Positions 30,048 through 40,431 are shown, numbered from the stretch's first letter. The stretch: 53,838 nt of DNA from an uncultured bacterium (GCA_903842025.1 CAIMKX010000042.1:1-53838); one strand, 5' to 3'. A program made the numbers and translations. Notes: generated from the letters alone by a model not told the origin.

Positions 30048-31259
30048 CTACTGCGCCCCTGCAATATTATAAATAGGTACGAGCACTGAAGCTAGAAGGA
30101 CGGCCACGCCGCCGCCCAGGAGGACGATCATGGCTGGTTCGATGAGAGAAACGAGCGAATCGACGGCCGTGGTCACTTCACGGGTATAGAAGCCGGCCAA
30201 GGTCTTCAAGATCTGACCGACCTCGCCGGTTTCTTCACCGACTTTGGTCATTTGGACCAAAATGCCGGGAATCTCGTGAGGATTGTTGGAAAGGGATTCT
30301 GACAAGGTCTTGCCGCCTTTGACCGACTCGACGGCGTTCATCATAATCTGCGAATAGATCTTGTTGTTGATGATATTGGCTGTCAGCTCCAAGGCACGAA
30401 TGATCGGGATGCCGGAGGAAAGCATCGTGTTCATATTATCGGCAAAGCGGGACAGGTAGAGTTTGCGGTAAAGAGTGCTGATGTACGGGATATTCATCTT
30501 GAAATGGTCAAAAGCATAGCTTCCGGAAGGAGTGCGAATATAGCGGATCAGGAAGAACACCACCACGACCAAAATGCCGAAAATGAAGAACCCATAACTG
30601 ACCAGGAAGTTGCTGATGCCCATGATGATGACCGTGTAAAATGGCAAAGCCACGTTGGACTCGGTCAAGATGCCGCTGATCTTCGGGATAACCACCGTAA
30701 ACATCAGGATCATGACAGTCAGGAATGTGACGACGACGAAGGCCGGATAGATGAGGGCGCCGCGGACCTTGGAATTGAGTTCGTAGGAGCGATCGAGATA
30801 TTGGGCCAGATATTCAAAGACTTCGTTCAACTTGCCCGACTCTTCGCCGGCCTTGACCATGCTGACGTAGAACTCATTGAAGATCTTGGGATGCTTGGCT
30901 AGAGCCGCCGAAATGGAAGCGCCGCTTTGGAGATCGTCGGCCACATTGCCTAGCTGGACACGCAGGACATTGTTTTCCGTCTCCCCCGCCAGAAGGCGGA
31001 AGACTCTCAAGGCCGAAACCTGGGCCTCGAAAAGGGTGGAGAGTTGGCGGGAAAGGATGACGATATCCTTGTTGCTGACCCTGTCAAGCATAGAGATCTT
31101 CTTTGACAGAAAGGATGACTGGGTTTCCGCGCCCTTGATACCGGCCAAGACCAAGCCCCTTCTCTGCAAGGAAGAAATAGCAACATCGACGTTGATGGCG
31201 TCTATCGAGCCTGATTTCTTGGCTCCTGTTTCATCGATGGCTTCGTAGTTGAAGAGCAT
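30048..31259 (-). CDS. pilC: Type IV pilus platform protein
   Basis: RQLSTL, AGEESG, ALIYP, GEETG, LIEP. Confidence 0.95.
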   Translation of the reverse strand: MLFNYEAIDETGAKKSGSIDAINVDVAISSLQRRGLVLAGIKGAETQSSFLSKKISMLDRVSNKDIVILSRQLSTLFEAQVSALRVFRLLAGETENNVLRVQLGNVADDLQSGASISAALAKHPKIFNEFYVSMVKAGEESGKLNEVFEYLAQYLDRSYELNSKVRGALIYPAFVVVTFLTVMILMFTVVIPKISGILTESNVALPFYTVIIMGISNFLVSYGFFIFGILVVVVFFLIRYIRTPSGSYAFDHFKMNIPYISTLYRKLYLSRFADNMNTMLSSGIPIIRALELTANIINNKIYSQIMMNAVESVKGGKTLSESLSNNPHEIPGILVQMTKVGEETGEVGQILKTLAGFYTREVTTAVDSLVSLIEPAMIVLLGGGVAVLLASVLVPIYNIAGAQ

Positions 31260-31314
31260 GGTGGTTATTATAACTTATTTTTATCCTACCAGCGAAGGTG
31301 TCAAGTGTATTACT

Positions 31315-31540
31315 AAAAATCCCCCGCCCCTCGCTTCGCTTCGGGGCACCCCCTTTTCCAAAGGGGGATCTTCCAACGTACAGCTAATGTAATACATGTC
31401 GCTATTATTTAATTAATCTTCGGGTTTAAAATCAAACACAAAGAGTGATTAGAGTCAGTGCGAGTTAAATTAAGAAAGTGGTTTGATGGAGAATCCCCCT
31501 TTGGAAAAGGGGGTGCCCCGTAGGGGCGGGGGATTTTTTT
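31315..31540. repeat. Family-A REPIN-like element with conserved core (copy 3, inverted)
   Basis: Core 31366-31497 is the reverse complement of the cores at 7081 and 10453. Confidence 0.9.
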
Positions 31541-31560
31541 ATTTGAATAACATTCAACTC

Positions 31561-32619
31561 CTACAGCATCCTCTCCAGATTCTTCGGATTCAAGGAATTC
31601 TGATAGGCGCTTTCGACCGAGATCTCCCCCGCCCGGACCAACTCCGCCAAGGAACGGTTCATGTCGATCATGCCTTCCTGGGAACTGGTTTCAATGACCG
31701 TATTGAGTTCATGAGTCCGGCGTTCGCGGATAAGGTTGGAAATGGCGGTATTGTTGATGAGAAGCTCATAAGCCGGGATGAGACCGCCGGAAATGCGCGG
31801 GATCAGGCGCTGGGAGAAGATTCCGGAGAGCGAACCGGCCAACTGGACACGGATCTGATCCTGCTGATTTGGCGGGAAAGAGTCGATGATACGGTCGACG
31901 GTCTGGGCGGCATTGTTGGTGTGTAGCGTAGAGAGAATAAGGTGACCGGTTTCGGCGGCGGTCACGGCCGTGCCGATGGTGATGATGTCGCGCATTTCAC
32001 CGACCATACAGACATCGATGTCCTGGCGGAACATGGCCGTCAGGGCGTTGCTGAAATCAGGCGTGTCGATCCGGACCTCACGCTGGTCGATGACCGACTT
32101 TTTGGAAGTGAAGAGGAATTCGATCGGGTCTTCGATAGTCAGGATATGCTCCGACCTGGTCTGGTTGATGATCTCCACCATGGTCGCCAAAGTCGTGGTC
32201 TTGCCCTGGCCGATCGGGCCGACGGCCAGGAAGAAGCCTTGCCGCTTCCGGGTGAAAGTCTCGAGGATCGGCGGAAGGTTGAGCTCGGCCAAAGTCTTAA
32301 TGTTCTTCGGAATGAGGCGCAAGGCAATGGAAGGCACGCCCTGATGGAAGAAAACGTTGCCGCGGAAGCGGGCATTGGTCAGGCTATAGGAAAAGTCTAC
32401 GCTTTTTTCCTTTTCCAGCAATTCCTTGTTGGCCGGAGAAAGAAGGGCGTTCAGGAAGCCTTTCATGTCAGCTTCGGTCAGGACCGGCTTTTTGAGAAGC
32501 GGAATGAGGTTGGATGAGACGCGGATGATCGGATTGCGTCCGAAGGAAAGGTGGAGATCCGAAGCGCCTTCCTTCAGGATGTGATTTACGAGGTCCTCGA
32601 GTTCGTTTTTGTATTCCAT
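31561..32619 (-). CDS. pilT: Pilus retraction ATPase
   Basis: ASDLH, GPIGQGKTTT, TIEDPIE, GEMRD, AETGH, STLHTN. Confidence 0.95.
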   Translation of the reverse strand: MEYKNELEDLVNHILKEGASDLHLSFGRNPIIRVSSNLIPLLKKPVLTEADMKGFLNALLSPANKELLEKEKSVDFSYSLTNARFRGNVFFHQGVPSIALRLIPKNIKTLAELNLPPILETFTRKRQGFFLAVGPIGQGKTTTLATMVEIINQTRSEHILTIEDPIEFLFTSKKSVIDQREVRIDTPDFSNALTAMFRQDIDVCMVGEMRDIITIGTAVTAAETGHLILSTLHTNNAAQTVDRIIDSFPPNQQDQIRVQLAGSLSGIFSQRLIPRISGGLIPAYELLINNTAISNLIRERRTHELNTVIETSSQEGMIDMNRSLAELVRAGEISVESAYQNSLNPKNLERML

Positions 32620-32624
32620 GATAG

Positions 32625-32736
32625 TAGAGTTAAGAGGTAGGAGTTAAGAGATTAGATACCTGCTAATAATTTTTTTGATTTATATAATAGTATTTGTTAA
32701 ATGCGATTAAATCTTAGCTCTTACCTCTTATCTCTC
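32625..32736. repeat. Heptamer (TAAGAGN) inverted-repeat element
   Basis: agagttaagaggtaggagttaagag...TGCGATTAAAT cttagctcttacctcttatctct. Confidence 0.85.
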
Positions 32737-32742
32737 TGTTAT

Positions 32743-33141
32743 TTAACTCTTCTTGCTCGAGCATATCTTCTCCACCTCCTTCAGGACTTCCGAAGGGATC
32801 GTCGTCGCTTTGACTATGTATCCGTCGACGTTCATCTTCCTAGCGCGGGCGACGTCATCAGGAGAACCTTGGTTGGTGAGCATGATGATAACCGCCTGAG
32901 GGACCAATTTCTCCGTCCGAACGGCCGTCACCATTTCGAGGCCGTCCATGGTCGGCATGACGATGTCGGCCATGATAATGTCCGGAACGTAGCCGTCACG
33001 AAGCATTTTCAACCCGACCGTGGTCGAATCGGCGGTCTTGACTTCATAGCCGGCCTTGCCAAATTTGAGGCTGTACATGTCGAGAAGGAATGTGTCGTCA
33101 TCGATGAGGAGAATCTTCTTTTGGTTGGGTTGGTCGGCCAT
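32743..33141 (-). CDS. Single-domain response regulator (receiver)
   Basis: ILLIDDD, DIVMPTMDG, MLTN, YIVK. Confidence 0.93.
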   Translation of the reverse strand: MADQPNQKKILLIDDDTFLLDMYSLKFGKAGYEVKTADSTTVGLKMLRDGYVPDIIMADIVMPTMDGLEMVTAVRTEKLVPQAVIIMLTNQGSPDDVARARKMNVDGYIVKATTIPSEVLKEVEKICSSKKS

Positions 33142-33208
33142 GGGATTGTTATGTATCGGATACTATTATACAGCGTAAACGCCTGGCGTGTCATCCCCAG
33201 TGGAAGAA

Positions 33209-33291
33209 TAGAGTTAAGAGGTAGGAGATAAGAGTTTAGATTTAATCGCAGTGTGTTTATCTTACCTCTTATCTCTTAACTCTTACCTCTA
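33209..33291. repeat. Heptamer (TAAGAGN) inverted-repeat element overlapping the pilB stop
   Basis: Arms flank GATTTAATCGCA. Confidence 0.85.
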
Positions 33292-35028
33292 TAGCTTATT
33301 CACCTCCTCGAACGGTATCTTCTTCTCAAAAGCCTTGACGATAGCGCTCTCGCGCAAGGAAAGCATGCCTTTGGTCCTGGCAATCCCCAGAATCTCGCTT
33401 TCGACCGGATTGGTAAGAATGGCGTTTTCGATCTCCTTGTCCATCAGGAACATCTCGAAGACGGCCATGCGTCCGCGAGTGCCCTTCGGACAATCGGGTG
33501 TCTGTTTGATCTTGTAGACAGTATCGGAAAACGGTATCTCTTTCCGAAACTCAGACGGCAGATCGGTGAAATTCCTGTCGATAAGGGCCTTGATACTGCC
33601 GTCAACCTTGACCGGTTCGCCGCCGCCCGGACAGAGCAGGCCGACCAGACGCTGGGCGACAGCCAGGATCAGTGTCGGGGCGATGAGATAGGGGTCGACT
33701 CCCATATCAATGAGACGCGGAATGACACCGGCGGCGTTGTTGGTGTGCAAAGTGGAAAAAACCAGGTGACCGGTCAGGGCGGCCTGGACGGCCAGCTGGG
33801 CCGTCTCCTTGTCGCGGATCTCACCGACCATGATGATATCCGGGTCTTGGCGGAGCGTCGTACGCAGACCGGAACTAAAATCGTAGCCGATCTCCGGCCG
33901 GACCTGCGACTGGCTGACGCCTTCGATCTGGTATTCGACCGGGTCCTCCAAGGAAAGGACGTTATAGCTTTCGCGATCGACTTCATTCAAGAACGAGTAG
34001 AGTGTCGTGGATTTACCGGAACCGGTCGGTCCGGTGATGAGAATGAGTCCGTAAGGAGCGTTCAAGGCTTTCTTGACCATGTCCAGATTGCGGTCGGACA
34101 TTCCCAGATCGACCAGGGTCCGGACGCCTTTGGCCTGGTCCAAGATACGCATCTCAACCTTTTCCCCATAATAGGCCGGAAAAGTCGAGACGCGGAAATC
34201 GATGCGGCGGCCGTCGATGCGAGCCGAAAAGCGCCCATCCTGCGGCTTACGCTTCTCATCCAAACGCATATTGGAAAGGACTTTGATGCGCGAAACGACC
34301 GCCGAGTGGACTTGAGGCGGCAAGACCAGGCTGGTGTTCAAAATGCCGTCGACGCGGAACCTGACGCGGACCTTGTCGCGCATATGCTCGATATGGACGT
34401 CGGACGCTTCCCCTTCAACGGCATAGCGGACTATCGTCGCCACTATCTTCACGACCGGGGCGTCCTCGACGATCATGGCTTCGCCCTCATCCTTGCCGCC
34501 GGGAGTCTTGGCGGCGGCGTTTCCCGGACCAGGCTTCTTGGCGACCGTCGTCGTCTCGATGGAAAGCTCTGTTTCTAGTTCTGACAAAGCCCGGGTGACT
34601 TCGCCAGTCAGGCCTTTGTACATTTCGATGACCTTGTTGAAATCCTCGACGGTGATCAGAAAGACGTTATAGGGGATGTTCTTTTTGGTCGCCAGGAAAC
34701 TCAAGGCGTCCCGCGCCTCCATGTTGTCCGGATCGACGATGCCGACCTCGAGAGTGTCTTCAACAAGGCCGATCGGCGCAAAGCGATAGTGTAGGGCCGA
34801 TTCTTCCGGAATATATTCCAAAATCTCGAAAGGGACGGTAATGCCCTCGAGCGAACGGACCGGAATGTTGAGGAATTCCCCGCGGGCGGCGACAATATCG
34901 TCCGGCTTGACCCCGTGGGCGATCAGGGCGTCGTCCAAAACGGCCCCGGCGGCCGTCTGTTTGCGGACCTCGCCAAGATCAGCCTTGGAGATCAGCTTTT
35001 TTGAAAGAAGGATGTCTAGGACTGACAT
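33289..35028 (-). CDS. pilB: Pilus assembly ATPase
   Basis: ASDVHIE, RFRVDG, PQDGR, GPTGSGKST, LRQDPD, ALTGH. Confidence 0.95.
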   Translation of the reverse strand: MSVLDILLSKKLISKADLGEVRKQTAAGAVLDDALIAHGVKPDDIVAARGEFLNIPVRSLEGITVPFEILEYIPEESALHYRFAPIGLVEDTLEVGIVDPDNMEARDALSFLATKKNIPYNVFLITVEDFNKVIEMYKGLTGEVTRALSELETELSIETTTVAKKPGPGNAAAKTPGGKDEGEAMIVEDAPVVKIVATIVRYAVEGEASDVHIEHMRDKVRVRFRVDGILNTSLVLPPQVHSAVVSRIKVLSNMRLDEKRKPQDGRFSARIDGRRIDFRVSTFPAYYGEKVEMRILDQAKGVRTLVDLGMSDRNLDMVKKALNAPYGLILITGPTGSGKSTTLYSFLNEVDRESYNVLSLEDPVEYQIEGVSQSQVRPEIGYDFSSGLRTTLRQDPDIIMVGEIRDKETAQLAVQAALTGHLVFSTLHTNNAAGVIPRLIDMGVDPYLIAPTLILAVAQRLVGLLCPGGGEPVKVDGSIKALIDRNFTDLPSEFRKEIPFSDTVYKIKQTPDCPKGTRGRMAVFEMFLMDKEIENAILTNPVESEILGIARTKGMLSLRESAIVKAFEKKIPFEEVNKL

Positions 35029-35049
35029 TTTTTGTATGGCCGAGCCGAA

Positions 35050-35397
35050 TTAATGCTTGACGCTAGAGGTCTGGGCCGAAGGATTGGTGACGCCGGGTAT
35101 CGGGGCAAAAGGATTGGGCCGACCGACCGGCAAGGTCGGCACTTCAACGGAATAATCCTTGAGCGTCATATAGGCCGTGTCGCTAAAGAGCGTGGAGTCG
35201 ATCTTGAGAGATTTTATTTCATTGAGAAGGCTGAAGACTTTCACTCCCACCACCTGGTTGTCAGCGTTGGTCTGGTCCAAGGTCGCCGTGCCGGTCGAAG
35301 TCGTGTTTCCTTGCCAATAGAAATATGCTACCAAAGCGACGACGACAATGCCGCCGATGATGTAATATTGTTTATTGGAGGATTTGGGATTATTCAT
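35050..35397 (-). CDS. Small membrane-anchored pilus accessory protein (PilP position)
   Basis: One TM and a GRPNPFAP motif; located between pilO and pilB. Confidence 0.75.
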   Translation of the reverse strand: MNNPKSSNKQYYIIGGIVVVALVAYFYWQGNTTSTGTATLDQTNADNQVVGVKVFSLLNEIKSLKIDSTLFSDTAYMTLKDYSVEVPTLPVGRPNPFAPIPGVTNPSAQTSSVKH

Positions 35398-35401
35398 GTG
35401 T

Positions 35402-36016
35402 CTATTGGCTCTTTAACCAGTAAGTCGTCAGCTCGACGCTCCAATCGTATATCCCGTCGTCATTGACCGTTACGGACAAATGCGTGACGTCCATAATGCG
35501 CAGGCTTGATTCCAGGTCCTGAAGAAGGCTGATGAACTGCTGATACGGGGCGCTCACTCCGAAGGTCACGGTAACCTTCTGGATAGTCGGCACCGGCACC
35601 GAATAGCCCGCTGCTGTGGCATTCGTAGAAGGAGCGGCGGCGCTTGCGTCCCTCGATGCGGGAGCGGCCGGAGCACCCGGACCGTTCGTCGCCGATTGGC
35701 TTGCGGCCTTGATGCCGGTCAAAGAAAGTCCGTGTTGGGTCGCTATATTGCTCAAGTCTATGACCAAGCGGATATTGTCCATGCCTTGCGGCAACATCCT
35801 TTCCAGGCGATTGCGGTTGACCTCGGAGATGTTGGTATAGTCATTGAGGACCTTGTCGCGGACCGTTATGAGCTCCTGAGCGCTGGCAATGGCCGCTTGA
35901 TATTGGTTGTTGACCGACCGGACGGCATTGGCTTCGGCCAGCATGCCGCTCGTCACCGTGAAATAGATGCCGATGGCCAAGATTATGAGGATTGTCGCGC
36001 TGACGTTTCTGTTCAT
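35402..36016 (-). CDS. pilO: Pilus alignment protein PilO-like
   Basis: TM, coiled coil, RMLP, YQQFISLLQDLESSLR. Confidence 0.85.
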   Translation of the reverse strand: MNRNVSATILIILAIGIYFTVTSGMLAEANAVRSVNNQYQAAIASAQELITVRDKVLNDYTNISEVNRNRLERMLPQGMDNIRLVIDLSNIATQHGLSLTGIKAASQSATNGPGAPAAPASRDASAAAPSTNATAAGYSVPVPTIQKVTVTFGVSAPYQQFISLLQDLESSLRIMDVTHLSVTVNDDGIYDWSVELTTYWLKSQ

Positions 36017-36017
36017 G

Positions 36018-36689
36018 TTAATTTGTCGACGGAGCGGTGCCTGAGGAGCCAGCCGCCGGACTGATCTCCTGCTTGTACAATAAACTGTCTTGGTCGACTG
36101 ACGCGCTCAAACCGAAGGACACAACGCCCTTGGCGTCGATCAACGGGTCGGACAAAGCCGGATCCTTGACAATGTTGGACAGGCCATATTGGGAAAGCTT
36201 CCCTAAAACATCCGACTGGAAAGCGACGGTAGCCAGGTTCGACCCGTAGCCCTTCATCGTCAGATCCAAACCGCTACCCTTTGCCGCGCCTTTGAGCTCC
36301 ATGGACAGGAAGCGGACGTTGATGACCGTGATCGGCTGAAGGACTTTGGCGAAAACCTGAGAAATCGCCACGTGGTTCCTGAGGATCTGTCGGGCCTGAT
36401 CGATCTGAGTATTGGCTTTTTTGAGCTGTTCGATGAGCTCGAGCTTGAACTGGCTCTCATTCTTGGCCAACTCGGTCTTGTAGTCTTCTTGGGCCTTCAC
36501 CAGATATTGTTTCCAGAGATAAACTCCGCCGACCGAGCCCAGAGAAACGACGAAAAGCAAAATGGCCAGACTCATGAAGATGCTCGTGCCGTGATGGACG
36601 ACTTTCGGCGCGGGGGCGCCGCCGATCCCGCCTATGGCCGGATATGCCTGCTTTTTCGGTATAAATGAAGTTTGGAATTTTGGTTCCAT
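36018..36689 (-). CDS. pilN: Pilus alignment protein PilN-like
   Basis: FQTSFIPK N-terminus, TM, coiled coil; follows pilM. Confidence 0.8.
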   Translation of the reverse strand: MEPKFQTSFIPKKQAYPAIGGIGGAPAPKVVHHGTSIFMSLAILLFVVSLGSVGGVYLWKQYLVKAQEDYKTELAKNESQFKLELIEQLKKANTQIDQARQILRNHVAISQVFAKVLQPITVINVRFLSMELKGAAKGSGLDLTMKGYGSNLATVAFQSDVLGKLSQYGLSNIVKDPALSDPLIDAKGVVSFGLSASVDQDSLLYKQEISPAAGSSGTAPSTN

Positions 36690-36748
36690 AAGGATTCAAG
36701 TTAAGTATAGCAGTTATGTGGAAATCAAGGGATGTGTATAACGGTTCT

Positions 36749-37846
36749 CTACTCGATTTCGGAGAGCCTTCGCAAAGCCGCTCCGATGGCCACGGTGAAT
36801 TCCGGACCGATATGGGAAAATTCGTCGGCCAGAATGGCCGGGGCTTCAAGCCGGGTGAAAGGATCGGCGTATTTGATCTCCGTCTGGAAACTGATCTTGG
36901 CCAGATCGGTAAAACCCTTGAGTTGGACTCCGCCGCCTGTCAGGATGATCCGGCTGACATTCTTGGCATATTTCTTCTGGTAGGCCAAGAGCGCGCTATT
37001 GGCTTCATAGAATATATAGTCCAGATTGACCGTGATGATCTCCGTCAACTCCTTGTATTCCGGTCCGCCCTTGAGGCCGTAGTTGCGCTTCATGCTTTCG
37101 GCCTCGGCCACGGTGATCGACAAAGCCTTGGACAGGGCCAAGGTAATGTCTTGACTGCCTTTGCTCACGATATGCGACGAGCGGAGCGCGCCATGCTCGA
37201 TGATGTAAAGTTTGGTCGAACGCGAGCCCATGTCGAAGATCATCGAAGTGCCGACGCCCTGATCGGTCAAGGCCCGGATCGAACTGAAGATCTCGATCTC
37301 GTAAAAACCGGGCTGAAGTCCGCCCGACATCATGACCGACTGGTACTGGTTGATGAAGTCATTGTGAATGGCCACTACCAGAACGTCGCGGCCGAGCTTT
37401 TCGGCTTTGGCTTTTTCGTCTTCGGAGGCGTAGGATTCCTCTTTGGGGATTATTGAATAATCCAAAAGGACTTCGCTCAAAGGCACCGGTATGTATTTCC
37501 TGGCCTCGATCGAGACAATATCGCCGACTTGCTTGTCCGGCACCGGAGGGATGGTGATGAAGGTTATGAGGCTGGCCGAAAGCGGCAAAGCCGTGCCGCA
37601 ATTGACGGTCGTCGTCTTGGACTCGCGCAAAATATCCTTGAGGGCTTCGACCAGTTTTTCCGGCGGCAAAGCCACCGACCGGCCGATCTCCAGTCCACCA
37701 TAAGGGCCGAGAGCCAATTCGCCGTAAGTTTGGAGGACGGCTCGTCCCCTTTTCTTCCTGATCTGGACCAGCTTGATGGCTGAAGAGCCGATATCTATCC
37801 CGAGAACGCTGGTTTCTTTTTTGAAAAATCTGGAAAAGAAAGACAT
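36749..37846 (-). CDS. pilM: Pilus assembly protein PilM
   Basis: GIDIGSSAIK, DMGSRST, LTGGG, AIGAALR. Confidence 0.95.
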   Translation of the reverse strand: MSFFSRFFKKETSVLGIDIGSSAIKLVQIRKKRGRAVLQTYGELALGPYGGLEIGRSVALPPEKLVEALKDILRESKTTTVNCGTALPLSASLITFITIPPVPDKQVGDIVSIEARKYIPVPLSEVLLDYSIIPKEESYASEDEKAKAEKLGRDVLVVAIHNDFINQYQSVMMSGGLQPGFYEIEIFSSIRALTDQGVGTSMIFDMGSRSTKLYIIEHGALRSSHIVSKGSQDITLALSKALSITVAEAESMKRNYGLKGGPEYKELTEIITVNLDYIFYEANSALLAYQKKYAKNVSRIILTGGGVQLKGFTDLAKISFQTEIKYADPFTRLEAPAILADEFSHIGPEFTVAIGAALRRLSEIE

Positions 37847-37874
37847 ATGGGTATTATATATTATAATTGCAATC
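37847..37874. promoter_or_regulatory. Back-to-back -10 boxes of the divergent pilM and comF genes
   Basis: TATAAT on the minus strand (37853-37858, 6 nt from the pilM ATG) and on the plus strand (37862-37867, 7 nt from the comF ATG). Confidence 0.7.
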
Positions 37875-38549
37875 ATGTCTCTAATAAAAGCCTTTTTGGA
37901 TACGATCCTGACCGCCCTCTTCCCTTTTTCAAACGCCGAAAAGGAGCTGTTCTCGTATTCTCCGGAGCAAGCCTACGATATCCTGCCAAAATCATTATTG
38001 CCGCCGATCGCGCGGGCCTATTCCGTCTTTGCCTACAAAGATCCGCGGGTCACCAAACTGGTTTGGAACATCAAATACAAAAAATCCTTACAAGCTGCCA
38101 CTATTGGAGCTTATGCTTTGCACAGAATGCTGGGCGAACTCAAAATCCCGTTAAAATTGATGCCGGATGAAAAGATTCTGATATTGCCGATGCCAATAAC
38201 AGCGAAACGCCGCCAGGAACGTGGATACAATCAATGTGAAATCATCGCCAATGAATTGAAAAAGTTTGATTCTTCAAATCGACTTGAAATAGTAAGCAAT
38301 TTGCTATTAAGAATTCATCACACTTCCCGACAGACTTTAAAAGACAGAAAAGAAAGGCTAATGAGCGCCAAGGGCATTTTCTCCATTAACGAAGACGTTT
38401 TGAAAAAATTCTCTTCCGATGAATTAATATATCGCACAGTTATCATTATCGACGATGTTATTACGACAGGAAGCACTATAAAGGAGGCGATGGAGACTGT
38501 CCAAACAGCGGGGTTTGGGAGAGTTTACGGGCTGTCGGTGGCACATTAA
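37875..38549 (+). CDS. comF: ComF family phosphoribosyltransferase-like competence protein
   Basis: ERGYNQ, IIDDVITTGST. No N-terminal Zn-finger cysteines. Confidence 0.9.
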   Translation: MSLIKAFLDTILTALFPFSNAEKELFSYSPEQAYDILPKSLLPPIARAYSVFAYKDPRVTKLVWNIKYKKSLQAATIGAYALHRMLGELKIPLKLMPDEKILILPMPITAKRRQERGYNQCEIIANELKKFDSSNRLEIVSNLLLRIHHTSRQTLKDRKERLMSAKGIFSINEDVLKKFSSDELIYRTVIIIDDVITTGSTIKEAMETVQTAGFGRVYGLSVAH

Positions 38550-38574
38550 GATTTTAGATTTGAATTGACGTTGC

Positions 38575-38683
38575 AAATTTCTAATTACCTAATTTCTAAT
38601 TGACCTAAGAAATGACCAAACTTCAATTGGAACTTGGTCATTTCTTAGAAATTAGGTAATTAGGAATTAGGAATTAGGAATTT
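38575..38683. repeat. Empty derivative of the 6061-6276 heptamer element, overlapping the tyrS stop
   Basis: TTGGTCATTTCTTAGAAATTAG at 38634-38655 is identical to 6238-6259. Only 14 bp separate the arms. Confidence 0.85.
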
Positions 38684-39891
38684 ACAATCACCTTCACAAA
38701 CCTCCTCTTCCCTATTTTGAGAATCAAAGTTTTATCTGGCAACAGATTGGGATCAGTGACCTTGGTGTCATCTTCAAATCGGACAGCTCCATTATCTACG
38801 AGACGCCTCCATTCGGCTTTGGAAGGAATGATGCCGGATTGTACCAAAACATCAGCCAGCGTCTCATTCTTGGAAATCTTGATCTCCTGAATGTCCTCCG
38901 GCACTCCGCCTTTGGAAAAAGTCGTGTCGAATGTTTCCTCGGCGGCCTTTGCGGCAGATTCGCCGTGATATATCTTTACAATTTCAAACGCTAACCGAGC
39001 TTTGATTATTTTTGGATTCTTGCCTTCCTGTAATTCATCCTTTATCTTGGAAATATCCTCAAGACTCATATAGGTGCAATCCGTAAATAGCTGAATTATA
39101 TTCTCATCAGCTTGAGCCATAACCTTGCCGAACATATCATTCGGCGTCGCATCCAAAAAGACACCTGTACCGAGGCTTTTGGACATCATTTTTTCGCCGG
39201 TCACAGGATTCTCAAGCAACGTTGTAATAAAGACAAATTTTTCCTTATTTTTGTATCTTCGCAAAAGAGTCCTGCCGGCCAAAGCGTTAAATTTCTGATC
39301 GTTGCCGCAAAACTCAACATCAATATCCAAATGGACGCTGTCGTATCCTTGCATCAGAGGATAAAAAAACTCATGAAGATAAATCGGTTTATTTTCTTTG
39401 ATTCTTTTTTCAAACATGTCACGCTCTAACATTCCCTGGACTGTGAAGTTTGAGGCAATATCTATCAACTCCTCAAACGTCAATTTGGAAAGCCAGTCAT
39501 GGTTGTAAACAATCTCCACAGGATTCTCTTTATCATCAAAGCTGATGATCGGGGAAAGTTGTTTGATCCATGTTTTTGTATTATCCACAACCTGTTGTCT
39601 GTTCAATTGAACCCGGGCGGCTGTTTTATCAGTCGGGTCGCCTATCCGAGCGGTAAAATCGCCGATAAGCAGGATTATCTGGTGACCCAGTTGCCTGAAT
39701 TTTTCCATGATCATATAATTCGTGGCATGTCCAAGATGAAGGGCTGGACCAGTGGGATCTGCACCGATATATATCCTTAGTTGCCGACCAGACAAAAGCT
39801 CCTTCTTTAAAAATTCTTTTGAGGGAATAATCTCGGCCACGCTTCGGCTTAAGATATCGTCAATTATCTTTTCGTCGGTTATCGTTTTCAT
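38674..39891 (-). CDS. tyrS: Tyrosyl-tRNA synthetase
   Basis: GADPTGPALHLGH, YPLMQGYD, MMSKS, S4 domain. TACAAT 7 nt before ATG 39891. Confidence 0.97.
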   Translation of the reverse strand: MKTITDEKIIDDILSRSVAEIIPSKEFLKKELLSGRQLRIYIGADPTGPALHLGHATNYMIMEKFRQLGHQIILLIGDFTARIGDPTDKTAARVQLNRQQVVDNTKTWIKQLSPIISFDDKENPVEIVYNHDWLSKLTFEELIDIASNFTVQGMLERDMFEKRIKENKPIYLHEFFYPLMQGYDSVHLDIDVEFCGNDQKFNALAGRTLLRRYKNKEKFVFITTLLENPVTGEKMMSKSLGTGVFLDATPNDMFGKVMAQADENIIQLFTDCTYMSLEDISKIKDELQEGKNPKIIKARLAFEIVKIYHGESAAKAAEETFDTTFSKGGVPEDIQEIKISKNETLADVLVQSGIIPSKAEWRRLVDNGAVRFEDDTKVTDPNLLPDKTLILKIGKRRFVKVIVNS

Positions 39892-39929
39892 ATTCCATAT
39901 TGTAATCGTTTTTGCCGTAATTTGCCACA

Positions 39930-40099
39930 GACGTAAGAACCTTTCACAAACTTTTTCACCTTGAGGATAATTTGCGACCAATGTACCATTGCATTTTCCA
40001 AAGGACGAGTGAATCCTTGGAGCGAGTCCTTTGTGAAAATGCCGGTACATTGGGAGCAAAGTCCGAGAGGTGAAAAAGTTTGTGAAAGGTTCTTACGTC
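39930..40099. repeat. 170-bp rod-like palindromic element
   Basis: 32-bp perfect IR GACGTAAGAACCTTTCACAAACTTTTTCACCT plus continued internal pairing. Confidence 0.88.
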
Positions 40100-40108
40100 A
40101 AATCAACC

Positions 40109-40393
40109 CTAAACCTTCGGAGTCTGATTGTTGGAATCAGTCGGCTTCGGTGCTTCGGCAAAACTGTGCCATTTGCCGACGACGAAGAACAAGTAGACTA
40201 ATTCGAGTATACCGATGGTATTAATGACCAACAGGGCTATGAACCACCACTTTTCACTGCGTCTGGCGGCATGCCAGAGAGCATAACCTTTGAGAACAAT
40301 GACTATAATGGCGATAATGGCGGCAATGAGACCCAAACCGAGAATTGCCCCGACACCAAGACCATAATTCTGGCCGTACCATGAATTCATCAT
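40109..40393 (-). CDS. DUF5652-like small membrane protein
   Basis: LKGYALWHAARRSEKWWFIALLVINTIGILELVYLF. Confidence 0.85.
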   Translation of the reverse strand: MMNSWYGQNYGLGVGAILGLGLIAAIIAIIVIVLKGYALWHAARRSEKWWFIALLVINTIGILELVYLFFVVGKWHSFAEAPKPTDSNNQTPKV

Positions 40394-40431
40394 AAAAGTA
40401 TAAATATATTAGTAATGGCGTCATTGTAGCA

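Noticed and set aside
29970-33291. Repeat arrays as CRISPR
   Set aside because: They are 7-bp tandem units in inverted arms, not repeat-spacer arrays, and no cas genes are present.
30504-37783. Long antisense ORFs over the pil genes (e.g. 33745-34578, 36716-37456)
   Set aside because: Shadow frames caused by GC3-rich codon usage; no recognisable motifs.
30048-37846. Missing pilQ secretin
   Set aside because: Expected for monoderm-like CPR cells, so not anomalous.
39892-40224. N-terminal extension of tyrS and ORF 39961-40224; T-box leader
   Set aside because: Both derive from the 170-bp palindrome. A -10 box sits directly before ATG 39891 and no T-box motif is evident.
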